64,000 bases of DNA, taken from NCBI RefSeq assembly GCF_009914755.1, contig NC_060926.1; one strand, given 5' to 3'. Position numbers and translations under genes: made by a program. Position 1 is the first letter of the stretch, and every line of letters begins with the position of its first letter. Shown here in pieces: positions 17,057-31,164 of this stretch. Under the pieces are notes generated by a model. The model saw only the letters and a list, made by a program, of their open reading frames with translations, searched no databases and had not been told where the DNA came from. This DNA is from the human T2T-CHM13v2.0 reference genome, Homo sapiens.

Positions 17057-17326
17057 CTACTGTTAGCAATTTACTGAGCAACCTCTCAGGTTATTTCTTA
17101 TGAATACACATGAATTTATAGAGATTTTATTTTTACAGAAACAGGATTATACCGTACATATGGTTCTGCAACTGCTTTTTTATGAAATAATGTGAGGGCC
17201 TTGGAGAAATAAAGTTTAACTCCAATGTACACTTTAACATGATTATGCTGTCCCCTTGCCACAGGGCTTGGGAGAAATTAGACTAAGCCAAATCAGGTAG
17301 CCACTCTTGAGAAAAGTACATAACTA

Positions 17327-17750
17327 GGCTGGGCGTGGCAGCTCACACCTGTAATCCCAGCACCTTGGGAGGCCGAGGCAGGAGGATTACTTGAGCCCAG
17401 GAGTTCAAGACCATCCTGGGCAACAGATCAAGACTGCATCTCTTGCTAAAGAATTAAAATTACTAAAAATTAAAAAATTAGTTTTCATTTTTAAAATTAA
17501 AATTACTACTACTAAAAATTAATTTAAAAAATTTTTTTACTAAAATTAAAAATTAAAAAATTACTACTAAAAATAAAAAAATTAGCCAGGTGTGGTGGTG
17601 AGCACCTGTGGTCCCAGCTACTCAGGAGACCAAGGTGGGAGGATCGCTGAGTCCAGGAGGTCAAGCCATGTTCATGCCACTGCACTCCAACCTGGGTGAC
17701 AGAGAAAGACCTTGTCTCAAAAAAATAAATATAAAAAAAGAAAGAAAAAT
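17327..17750 (+). mobile_element. AluJ with expanded AT-rich middle linker
   Basis: Arms separated by ~135 bp of A/T repeats (17447-17581); TSD GAAAAGTACATAACTA/GAAAAATGCATAGCTA. Confidence 0.9.
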
Positions 17751-17906
17751 GCATAGCTAAATACTGAGTCCAGGATCACTGAGTCCAGGAGTTCAAGGCT
17801 GCACTGAGCCATATTCATGCCACTGCACTCCAACCTGGGTGACAGAGAAAGATCATGTCTCAAAAAATAAATATAAAAAAAGAAAGAAAAATGCATAGCT
17901 AAATAC
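17640..17906 (+). repeat. Tandem duplication (~125-135 bp unit) of Alu 3' end, tail and flank
   Basis: 17640-17764 repeated at 17772-17906; both end GAAAAATGCATAGCTAAATAC. Confidence 0.95.
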
Positions 17907-18194
17907 CCATCTCCTGTTCCATTAGATTCTCCCTAGGGATGCTAGTGGATCTGCTGTAGAGAGGGAGACACAAACCTCTCCCTGGACTTGGGGGTGTGGG
18001 AATGTCTTTGGGAAAGCCATCAGCAGGGGCTGACTGTGGTCGGGGTGAGCAGAGCCGTTGCCAATTTTGCAAGGTGAGAAAGTAAGTTTTTATTAACACA
18101 GCAGAATGTTTCAAGTCTGTTCTCTGGAAACCTAAGATGTACTTACTGTGCCTTCACATAGAGTCTAGGTCATGTTCTCGTTATCCTTGGGAGG

Positions 18195-18425
18195 TGGTGG
18201 TGTGGTGTGCACAGGGACCGGGCTCCGAAGTGCAGCAAAATGGGTTGGAATCCCAGCTCTCACCCTTGCCAGCTGGGTGACCTTGGGCAAGTCACATGTC
18301 CTTCCCCATTGGCTTCCACTGGCTTGTTGTGGAGGTTCATGCTGTAGCCGTATGGGCGGTGCCTGGTAATTCGTAGCCAATCAGCAGCCCCTAGGAAGCT
18401 AATTTTACTGGTCTCCTATTATTAT
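18195..18425 (+). mobile_element. MIR
   Basis: GGTTGGAATCCCAGCTCTCACCCTTGCCAGCTGGGTGACCTTGGGCAAGTCAC. Confidence 0.8.
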
Positions 18426-18435
18426 TACTTCCTAT

Positions 18436-18452
18436 TGAGGTCATTGACCTCA
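18436..18452. promoter_or_regulatory. Perfect IR-1 nuclear receptor element (FXR/RXR type)
   Basis: TGAGGTCA-T-TGACCTCA contains AGGTCAnTGACCT with no mismatch; the motif is certain, function is untested. Confidence 0.55.
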
Positions 18453-19226
18453 GGTTTTGCCAACAGCCTTCCCCTCCCGCAAAGGCAACTGGCGCCCCCT
18501 CTCAACTCTTTCCAGGTCAGCAGCAGCAAATAGCTAAAATTTGCTGTGAAATCTTGGCTTGCAGGGCCCGTATTGATTTTGTTCTCGAAGCCTTTCAAGT
18601 AGCCGCTGCCCTGTGATCTCCCTGCAAAGCCCCTTACAAAACCCAGCAGCTTCCCCAGACAGCTACTGGAGACACATATGCTTCTAGAAAGAAACCCGGA
18701 CCCCTGGGCCACTAGAACCAGTCCTGTCTTTATCTCAAAGCCCCAAGGTCTCAGAGCTCAGTGTGTTTATCAGGTCATTTAGCAGCTACCCAGGTAATGG
18801 TTGAGGAGCATGGGCAGGAGGCTCCTGCCTCATCACCTTCCTCTCAACAGATATTGATCTCGTTCCACTATGTGCAAGGGAACCACACACAATGCTCCCA
18901 GGACCTTTGACGTCCCAGTGCTGCTTGTTGGCTAGGGTAGTGGTAAACAAAGGAAAGGCAACCTTAGCTGAGTCCCTGCCTCCATTCTTGCCAAAATTTA
19001 AACCAGGTCAATTTTTCCGGCCTAGTGCACCCTTTAACTTTGTTGCTGAACTGTTTGCTAGTCCTGGTGGCTCAGCAAGGACTAGGGAAGGCAGGTGGCC
19101 TGGCTGAGACCCTGCAGCTCAGTTCCTGCCACGGACTCAGCACTAGCCAGGTGTGTGGCCTTCAGACAACTCACTCACCTCTCAGTGCTGTTTTCACACA
19201 TCATTTTCTAAGTTTTGTGGAAGTAA

Positions 19227-19698
<472 letters not shown>

Positions 19699-20429
19699 TA
19701 ACACAGATAGTTGGAACAAAAAGGTATTTCCATCCTCCAAGGACCTGTCTAGACATGAAGGCTGACTGTGAGAGGAGAGATTTAGAGGAGATGGGTCACC
19801 ATGGGGGTCAGACCCACAGATGGGGATGGGGAAGAAGAGGTGATAATCCTTAGCAACCTACGTACAACCACAGAAGCTGGTGCTGGCTAAGTCAGGCAGA
19901 AAAGAAACTTAGTGAGAGGATACTGGGTGGCCACACAATGGTGGGAAGACAGAACTGTGTCTGCAAAATGGGGAAGAAGGAGGGATGTCATGGGACTGGA
20001 GCCCACGTCACACCCCTGGAGGTAGCTTGTTCTGGTATCACTGGGTCTGGTTGTGGTGACTGCCCCTGTGGCCACTGTTAAAGTAGATCCCCACCAACCT
20101 GAAGTCTGAGGTGAGTGCCTCCAACCAGCCAAGCCCTAACCACAAGGGAAGCTTCGAGAGAGTGTGCCTTACCTTAGCAGGGGTCTTTGCCTAACACAAA
20201 GCTGACTTTGCCTCTCACCATGTTGAATGGGGTGGTCCCAAACTCAGGAAGTGGGGTCAAGGCTGGGTGGCCAAAAATTCAACAAATGTCCCAGAGTGGA
20301 AGGCCAGCTGATCAGTCTCTGAAACTGTGCTTACTGATGAGAGGTGGAAGCTATTCATGGGGCAACTGGGGGCTCCAACCGACAGTAACAGGTCTCCAGG
20401 AGGCAGCAACAGGGGCTCTCAGAGGAAGC

Positions 20430-20963
<534 letters not shown>

Positions 20964-21298
20964 ATTTATTCAGAGGTCCTCACAGGTCAGCTCATCAGGC
21001 ATGTCTGCAGAGAGGACAACAGCCTGGACATGTGGCCTGAATTTTGGGGGAGACCCATTCTTGTAGCAAGGACAGGGGAAATGAACTGTGTTTGGAAAAG
21101 GCAAGGCAGGAACCCCATCCTAAGTGCCCCGAGCTTCTGGGCAAGTTATGATGACTGAGCCTCAGGAACAAGGACTGCATAGGTATTTGCTTACAACCTG
21201 AACGAGCATTCAAGATGCTGGAACAGGCAGATACTAGGGATGCAGCATGAAAGCCTGAGAGTCTGCAGTTGGCTGGGACCAGAGATGGAATGCTGAGG

Positions 21299-21449
21299 TG
21301 GTATGGTTTGGCTCTGTGTCCCCACCCAAATCTCATCTCAAATTGCAATCCCCACATGTTGCGGGTGGGGCCTGGTGGGAGTCCACCCCCATGATTCAAT
21401 CACCAGTCTCAGGTAGTTCTTCATAGCAGTGTGAGAATGAACTAATACA
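21299..21449 (+). mobile_element. THE1D/MSTA-type 5' LTR, internally deleted
   Basis: TGGTATGGTTTGGCTCTGTGTCCCCACCCAAATCTC...GCAGTGTGAGAATGAACTAATACA in only 151 bp. Confidence 0.88.
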
Positions 21450-22896
<1,447 letters not shown>

Positions 22897-23284
22897 TGAT
22901 GTGGTTTAACTCTGTGTCCCCACCCAAATTTCATGTTGAATTGTAATCCCCGGTGTTGGGGGAAAGACCTGGTGGGAGGTGATTGTATCATAGGGGCAGT
23001 TTCCCCCTTGCTGTTCTTGTGATAATATGTGAGTTCTCACAAGATCTGATGGTTTAAAAGTGCGTGGCACTACCCGCTTCGTGCTCTCTCTCTCTCCTGC
23101 TCTGCCATGGTAAGATGTACCTGCTTCCCTTTCACCTTCTGCCATGATTGTAAGTAGTTTCTTGAGGCCTCCCAGCCATGCTTCCTGTCAAATCTGTGGA
23201 ACTTGAGTTGATTAAACCTCTTTTCTTCATAAATTACCCAGCCTCAGGTAGTTATTTATGGCAGTGTGAGAAAGGACTAATACA
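22897..23284 (+). mobile_element. THE1D/MSTA-type 3' LTR, full length
   Basis: TGATGTGGTTTAACTCTGTGTCCCCACCCAAAT...ATTAAACCTCTTTTC...GGACTAATACA. Confidence 0.93.
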
Positions 23285-23576
23285 TGTGGCTTCAGCTCTG
23301 GGGAGGAGAGGCAAAAGGGGTGAGGAGCCAGGAACTGCTGGCTTCCAGTCAGACCTTAAGGCCAACCACAGTTTAGTCCTTGGGTCCAGCCTCCTCAGTT
23401 GGGTTGTCATTGTCATCTCCTTAGACACATGATGGTGGGTGGGGTAAAGGGGACAGATAAATCAAGATCTCAAGGGAGGCAGAAATTTGTACAACTGGGA
23501 AGCAAGACAAATGTCTACTTGTTTTCATAATGCAATGGGCCGAAATTAAAGCTTTGCATAATATTCTTGGTTGGTG

Positions 23577-23727
23577 GTTTTTTTGTGTTTTTTTATTTTT
23601 TTAATTTTCATAGAGATGAGGTCTCACTATGTTGCCCAGGCTGGTCTCGAATTCTGGGCTCAAGCAATCCTCCTGCTTTGACCTCCCAAAATTGTGGAAT
23701 TATAGGCATGAGCTACCCCAACCAGCC
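23577..23727 (-). mobile_element. FLAM_C
   Basis: Single left monomer with T-rich tail. Confidence 0.85.
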
Positions 23728-23829
23728 CAGGATATTGTTTAGAAAGTATCAAGAAACCTGGTATAAACAATATATCAAAGTTCTGTCTGATTTTCCATAG
23801 ACACACAGATGGTGCTAATTTTCCATGTT

Positions 23830-23990
23830 GGTAAAATGCTTTGGCTTTTGCAAAACCCTTTCAGGGCTCTTAGCATCTCAGCAACCCTGTGAGGTAGCCA
23901 TTAACAATCCCATTTGACAGGCAAGGAAACTGAGGCTTGAAAAGGCCGGGCAGCTCACCCACAGCCACAGGGCTAGCTAGAGCCTCAACT
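23830..23990 (-). mobile_element. MIR
   Basis: CAACCCTGTGAGGTAG...CCCATTTGACAGGCAAGGAAACTGAGGCT. Confidence 0.8.
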
Positions 23991-24067
23991 CTTCCTTGCC
24001 TTTCTTCTTCTGTAGGAAACATTTATGTCAGTTCCAAGGGGCATTTGAAAACTCCACGAACTCAGAG

Positions 24068-24260
24068 GTTGATCCACCAACCTCAGCCTCCCAAAGTGCT
24101 GAGATTACAGGCGTGAGCCACCACATCTGGCCTCTGTATACATTCCTTCCCCCCATTACCCCCCAGAAACAGGGTCTTGCTCTGTTGCCCAGGCTCTGGA
24201 TACAGTGGCACAATTATAGCTCACGGCAGCCTCACACTCCTGAGCCACCACACCTGGCTA
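24068..24260 (-). mobile_element. Two heavily deleted Alu fragments
   Basis: Alu 5' end only (24068-24132), then an Alu whose two ends are joined across a large internal deletion (24166-24259). Confidence 0.8.
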
Positions 24261-25199
24261 TTTCTTATATTTAGTTATTTGTTATAGTTATTCCACTTGC
24301 CTGATCACCCTACTCCTTTTGGGTTTTAGGTTTTTAATTCTTTAGGGAAATCTGGTACTATTTCCTAGTAAAATGCTCCATATATCTTAGGGGATTCTGG
24401 CCCAAGATTAGGAAAGAAAATTGGTAGATAGGGGATGGCTGCTGGAGAAAAGTCTTACTGACAGCAGCAAGAAATGACAGTTATTAGTCTGACAGTGAGA
24501 GAGTCACTGTGACCTGGGCACTTTTCCTTTTTTGCTGCTTTACATTGTGGTGAGCCTGCTCTCTTCTTCTTGGCTGCCTTCTCCCACTTGGGTTTGGCAC
24601 AATTTCCCCTTTGGGAAAAACAACGTCCTAGCAGCCATCTACTTATAATTTCTCTCACATGGCCAGGCACTCATTGGAGGCTGCTGTTCTTTGGGAAATG
24701 CCCTCTTCAGCAGCCTTGATGAATGTGGGGAGAAAGCCTCAGGAATTGGCTTCCCTTTAAGGAATATGGACTGTCCTTCTCTTTTACTAAATTGGTGCTA
24801 ATTGCCATTGTGAACATTTGCTTGTTTCATTTTATTATCTTTTTGAGATATATTTCTTTTTAGTCCTAGGCTTATATTTAAACTAATGTGTAATTATTGT
24901 TTGGAATTCTTAATAATCCACTCAACCCTGCTCAAGAGGCAAATATTTTAGCACTGGAAAATATTTATATGTGTCTTCATGGTTTCTTATTCTGGATGCA
25001 ACTATAAAATAATAAACTACAACAAATATCTTCCAAACAGTAATTATACATTTATTCATATCAGATCCCTTTAAGCTATTTCACTAGTTTGGTGGTGTCT
25101 AAGCAATATGGTGACATGCATTTCCTATCCAAGTCAACTGGGTTCCCTTTTTGCAGCTGACATCTCTAAGAGCTGAGACTCTTAATCTGCAAAAGTCAT

Positions 25200-26090
25200 T
25201 TTGTAATAGCTTTCTTGAAGTACAACTGGCATACAACAAACTACATATATTTGAAGTATGCAATTCAACATGTTTTGACATATTTATACACCAGTGAAAC
25301 CATCACCACAATCAAGATAACGTATCTATCACCCCAGAAAATTTTCTCAAGCCCATTTGTAATTTCTCACTCCTGCCCTTTTTCACCTTCCCCTCCTCAT
25401 TTCCCAGGCAATAACTGAACTGCCTACTGTCACCATAAATGAGTTTCCATTTTCTAGAATTTTATATAAATGAAATTAAGCCATATGTCCTATTTTTACT
25501 GGCTTCATTCACTCAATGTAATTTTGTGATTCATCCATGTTGTGTTGTATCAATACTTCATTCCTTTTTGTTATTGAGGACTATGTCCACTGTATGAATA
25601 CAATGCAATTTGTTTACCCATCCATGTCCCTGTTAAGGGACAGTTGGCTTGTTTCCAGTTTTGGGGCCATTATAGATAATGCTGCTGTGAGCATTTGTGT
25701 ACAAATCTTTGTGTGGACCTACGCTTTCTCGTCTTTTGGGTAAATACCTAGGAGTGGAATAGTTGGATCTTACGGTAGATGTTTATCTAGCATATTAAGA
25801 AAGTGCCAAAAAATGAAAAAGAAACAGTAAACTGTTCTTTCAAATGTTTTCCATTCCCACTAGCAGGGTATGAGAGTTCTAGTTTCTTCACATTCTTGCC
25901 AAAATTTGGGATGATCAGTCTTTTAAACTTTAGACATTGTAACATATGCATAGTGGTATATTGTGGTTTTAATTTGCATTTCCCTTATGACTAATGATCA
26001 TAAGGGATCATTAGTCAATGATGCCTTCATCATTGACTGATGACCAAAGCATCATCTTTGGTGAAATGTGGAATTAAATCTTTGCAAAAG
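25200..26090 (-). mobile_element. L1MC-type 3' fragment
   Basis: GTGAAACCATCACCACAATCAAGATA...TTTGGGTAAATACCTAGGAGTGGAAT...GTGGTTTTAATTTGCATTTCCC. Confidence 0.9.
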
Positions 26091-26219
26091 TAAAATTTTG
26101 CACAGTTTAGTGTCCTGTGTCATTTATTTGCCAAACATCACAATGCTATGACCTGCTACTTCCTGACACACTGACTTAACCCCTCTAAGTGTGCATTCAA
26201 AATCCTAGCATCAGTAAAA

Positions 26220-26400
26220 GCCAGCATTTATGAGGTGCTTATTACATGCCATTGCCTGTGCTTAGCATTTTATGCGTACTAACTCAGTTATTCCTTACAA
26301 CATCTCACTTTTTGGGTGAGAAAACAGTGACCCAGAGAGATGAAGCAACTTGCCCCAAATCACACAGCTAGTTCAGTGGTAGAGCAGGGGCTCAAAGTTG
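26220..26400 (-). mobile_element. MIR
   Basis: GAGAAAACAGTGACCCAGAGAGATGAAGCAACTTGCCCCAAATCACACAGCTAG. Confidence 0.8.
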
Positions 26401-26988
26401 TGTGGGAAGTGGGAGAGAAGAATATAAAGAAGCATTGGTCTGCAGTTGAGAATTCATCTGCGGTTTTTCCACATCCTTTGTGCAGAAGGTGAATAGATCG
26501 TGGAATTGATCTGGAGTCCAGAATTTTGCCAAGTGCAGAGGACCACAGGGTATGATATCGACCAAGTTATTTGAAGTGACTGATTAGGTGATCTTGACTA
26601 GCTAGAGAAGGAAGACAGAAGAAAGAAAGAGCAACAATGGAGGAGTCAGAGGGCTCCAGGAGGTTGGAGGGCCATGACAGGCAAGAGAGTGCTGCAAACA
26701 TGGATGATTTTGGCTAAAGTGAGATGTAGGAACTTGGGAATTCATAGGCGACAGGGCTCCTAGTACTGATGGGGTTCAGGCACAAGGAGGTTGGATACTG
26801 GCAATCAGGAAATGAAGGGCAATGTCACTAAATGGCTTGAGTCCCAAAGAGATAGTCATTTATTTTAATTTTTTTCTAGAGAAAAACAGTTTAGATGCAT
26901 TCAGACTATTTTCTGTTTTTTCATTCACATGTTATTTTTTATGGAATGAAATCTATCAATATCTTCCTTTATGGTTTGGGTGATGTTT

Positions 26989-27100
26989 CAGGGTGTTCAA
27001 TCATCCCCATTTGCATGGAACTGTTCAGTTTTAGCACTGAAAGTCCCACATCCTGGGAAATTCCTCAGTCCCGGGCAAATCAGAACAGTTGGTCACCTTA
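26989..27100. mobile_element. MER81 hAT-Blackjack MITE
   Basis: TTTTAGCACTGAAAGTCCC...CCTCAGTCCCGGGCAAA...GTTGGTCACCTTA. Confidence 0.85.
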
Positions 27101-27335
27101 GAAGCCATGGACTCTCATACTTCAAAAATTACCAATAGTCTCGCAACCAGTTCTCTCCTTTCATTCTCATCCCTCCTCTCTTGCTGAATTATTATCCAAA
27201 ATACAAAAGAACAAACTCACAGACTGGTAGGAACCTACATCTTTAATCCTAACCCCCGTTACCTGCTTTGGATATCCAACACTCTAACCAAATAGGCTTA
27301 ATTAAATATGATTCCCCAAACACCCCCACCCCAGG

Positions 27336-27703
27336 TGTCTCAGTCACTCTGTGCTGTTATAAATGACTATATACTGGGTGGCTTAGACAACAGAGATTTA
27401 TTTCTCACTGTTCTAGAGGCCGGGAAGTCAGATCAGGGCGCCAGCATGGTCGGCTCTGGTAAGGGACCTCTTCCTCGTTTGCAGATGACCATTCTCTCGT
27501 TGTGTCCTCACATGGCAGAGAGGATAGAAAGCAAGCTCTCTCCTGTCTTTTCATGAAGACACTAATCCCATTCATGAGGGATTCACCCTCATGGCCTAAT
27601 TACTTTCCAGAGGCCACACCACCTAATGCCATCACAATGGGGACTGGGCTTCAACAAGTCGATTAGGGGGAAGGGGGGAGCCACAAGCATCCAGTCCATA
27701 GTA
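27336..27703 (-). mobile_element. MLT1A-type MaLR solo LTR
   Basis: GGGTGGCTTAGACAACAGAGATTTATTTCTCAC...CTAATCCCATTCATGAGGG; perfect TSD CCAGG. Confidence 0.9.
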
Positions 27704-28233
27704 CCAGGCTCTCATATCTCAGGCCTCTGTTCCTGGTCTTCTCCTTCCCTGAATTTTCTCTCCCTTTGCAGCCTGCCTGCCTCCCATTCTTCCTTTCAGA
27801 CCTTCCTTTGAAGCAACCTTGTCTAGGAAGGCTTTGCAACCTGAACTCTTCCTCCTTAGATATTTATAGCTCTTTGAGCTCCTCTATTAATTATAACAAG
27901 GTAGTAAGTGACAGAACATCTGACACCAGATGGCTCAAACAAACGAAAAGCACCCTACCTTTGGAAGGTAGATCCACATTCAGGCATAGTCGGATTACAG
28001 GATCAGAGCATAGCCATCCAGATTCTGTATCTCTTCCTCCATCTCTCAACTCTAGGTTACCTCTCTCCTCGGGCAGCCCCTCCCCTCACAGCTGTAAGAG
28101 CATCGGCAGCTTCTTGGGCTGCATTTTTTCAGGGTATGGGAAAAGAGGAGGAGTTACTATATCAACATCCCCAGAGGCTGAAAATGCCCCTGACTGGACC
28201 ACTTTATTCCATCGCTGTGGTCAGGAGGTTGTG

Positions 28234-28307
28234 CAGGGCCATGAGGCTGCACAGGTGGTTGTTATGCATTGCATGACACCAAGAGGTGCCATTCACATAG
28301 TCTGCAA
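28234..28307. mobile_element. MER91-like hAT-Tip100 fragment
   Basis: CAGGGCC...CACCAAGAGGTGCCATTCACATAG. Confidence 0.55.
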
Positions 28308-28669
28308 CACAGCTACCGGACCGAGCACACCCTTTCACCTCTCTGGGTCTCAGTTTCATGAGTCAGATAAGAGTGACAAATCTGAGGTCTCCTTTAGTCC
28401 TACAGATCTACCATTCCACCATTCTGTGACCTCCTCTGTTGAAATAGTATTTTAGTGGTTTGGCTATCTTTCCATGAAGAGTTCTTAAACTCTCTTTTTA
28501 TCTATGTTCATCCCCCTCCAGAATAACAAGTGGGTGGTAAGCTTTTTTAAAAAGAGGAAGCAGAGAAGCCCAAAGAAATTAAGATGTAAAAATAGTACAT
28601 TGTGAAAATTCTCAGTTCCGTGTTACCACTGGTCATATCTATTTGGCTGGACAAGTTATAATGTAGTCG

Positions 28670-28910
28670 CCATTTGCTGAGTGTTTGTTACATGCTTGCT
28701 TCTAAATGTTCCTTGTGTGTTACATCTTCTAGTTTCTTCTGGTGACCCCCATGGACTAGATGGTACTGTACCTGTTGTTCCCATTTTATAGACAAAGAAA
28801 GTAAGCCCTGGAAAGTTGCTCGGGGTGCATGTTCACCGAATGGTGGCATCTGGATTTGAACATATGTTTGCTGGGCTTCACATTTCTCTCTGACCCAACA
28901 CACTGTGTCA
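28670..28910 (-). mobile_element. MIR
   Basis: CCCATTTTATAGACAAAGAAAGTAAG...GGATTTGAAC. Confidence 0.7.
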
Positions 28911-29127
28911 CTCCTTCGTCAGAGTCTCTGCTGGAGTTCATCGAGTCTCAACTGGGGGCTCTAGCCCAAGGGAGTGATGTACTTGCTGGTTCACAGGAAC
29001 ATGAGTGTTTTTAAAAGGAAGATTCAATTTTAATATAATTAATAATTATAAATAATAACAATTTTATATTTGGAAATTTTTATTTTCTGACAAAAGTATA
29101 GAAAGTAAAATTCAATAAAATACTCTT

Positions 29128-29463
<336 letters not shown>

Positions 29464-30161
29464 TCATGTATCAGAACCTTGGGTCAGGGATGACCTTTGA
29501 GACTTGTATGTCGATCTGAAGAAGAAATTGTTTTTAAAAAGCTGAAAAGCACAGATCGATACAATAATGGGCAGGTCTTATTTTAGTTAGTATCTGTTTC
29601 AATTCAGTCTCTACTTTGCTGCCCAGGGCTGTGTGTATGCCACTAACCTTTCCCAGGGAGTGCTGGTCAACCAGGAGAGCAGGCTGGATGTTGTAGGGGA
29701 GCCCTGCCTCTCCAGGCAGCAGCAGGTAGGTCAAGACTCAGACAGCCTCTCTTCCAAGCCTGGCTTCCTGGATCTTTGTCCAACCCTAACGTGTGATGGG
29801 AGGTACACAATGCAAAAATAACCAAAGAGACCTAACTGGGTTGCTGCTGAAAACAAGGGCTTTTTCATATGAAGATGTCACATTAAGGAAAGAATACCAT
29901 GCAAGCTGATAGACGACTGTTCCGCAGGAAGGTGGAACCAAGGTGGTCCCTGCTTGTCCATGCATGGGGCACCATCTCTTGGTGTTTCTAGAGTAATGAA
30001 TAAATGTTCTTGTATTCCAGTGAGTTTCCTAGTGGATAGTTCACTGACCTGTTTATTTGCAGGCCTAGATTCTTCTGTGTAAAAATGGAGACTTCATTTT
30101 GCCCTTGGCTTGAACTGGTGCTCAATACCCACAAGTCCTACATGATTCTGTCTACAAACTC

Positions 30162-30572
30162 GGTGGCGGTTGTTGGTGTAGTCCACCAAGTGTTTTTAGT
30201 ACTCCACCTGGAACATGGAAAGATTATACTTCCTCCCCCCTTGAAGTTGGGTGTGGCCACATCATTTGCATTGGTGAGCGAAGGTGAATGGAACTGAGGT
30301 GTGTCACTGCCAGACAGGAGCTAGTGCAAGATTCATTCATCTTGCTCATTCTGGCAAAGCAACCAGCAACAATGGAGGCAGGGAAGCTCCATCAGCTTGA
30401 GTGACTCTGAGTGATATCTTGACATCACTCTGAGTGACTCTGACAAGCACAGCCTCCTTGTGGACTCCTAACGGACATGCAGCATGAGAAATAAATCTTT
30501 GTTCCTTTAAGCCACTATAATATTGGGATTATCTGTTACTGATACATAATCTAGTCAATGCTAACTGACACA
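30162..30572 (+). mobile_element. MLT1I/J-type MaLR LTR
   Basis: CCCTTGAAGTTGGGTGTGGCCAC...GAGAAATAAATCTTTGTTCCTTTAAGCCACT...CTAACTGACACA. Confidence 0.8.
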
Positions 30573-30734
30573 AACTCCTGCTCCCTCCAAGAATGGTACC
30601 ACCCCATACCTCAGTAATTAATAATCCACTGTTTTCCTCTAATTCATCACTATTTCATGCATTTTAGGTTTGTGCCTACAACTGAACTGTTTGAAACCAA
30701 GCCTCACATGTTATGCTTCCATATCCTTCACAAT

Positions 30735-30960
30735 AGTAGAGTGTAATGGCTAAGTGCACTGGGTTTAGAGTCTAGCAGAACTGGGTCCAAACCCAGACCT
30801 ATTCAGTGTGACCTTGGCCAAGTGATTTAACCTAGAGGAGCCTCGGTTTCCTTATTCCTAAAATGGGGATAACAAGGCAGCCATCCTAGGATTGCCAGGA
30901 GCTTGGGATTTATTAGATCCCTGGGACTTAGCAAGAAGCCTGACGCAAAGTACGAGCCTA
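30735..30960 (+). mobile_element. MIR
   Basis: GTGTGACCTTGGCCAAGTGATTTAACC...GCCTCGGTTTCCTTATTCCTAAAATGGGGATAA. Confidence 0.8.
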
Positions 30961-31164
30961 ATGGTTTAACTTCAACAGTGCTGAACACACATGAGGTGCT
31001 GACTTGCTGTGTGATTGGTGCCTCCTTTTGATGAGCAGAGTCTTCCAACTTTGGGCCCACAACCATAGCAACTTATAAGTCCCCCCTTAGAACTAATAAG
31101 CCCTCAGATATTTGGAGACAGCTCTCATGAGTACCATTCAGACATATTCTTGTAAAATAACATC

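Noticed and set aside
27766-28455. 229-aa ORF
   Set aside because: Non-ATG start, Ser/Pro-rich with no recognisable domain, overlaps old MLT1/MER91/MIR-like remnants; consistent with chance.
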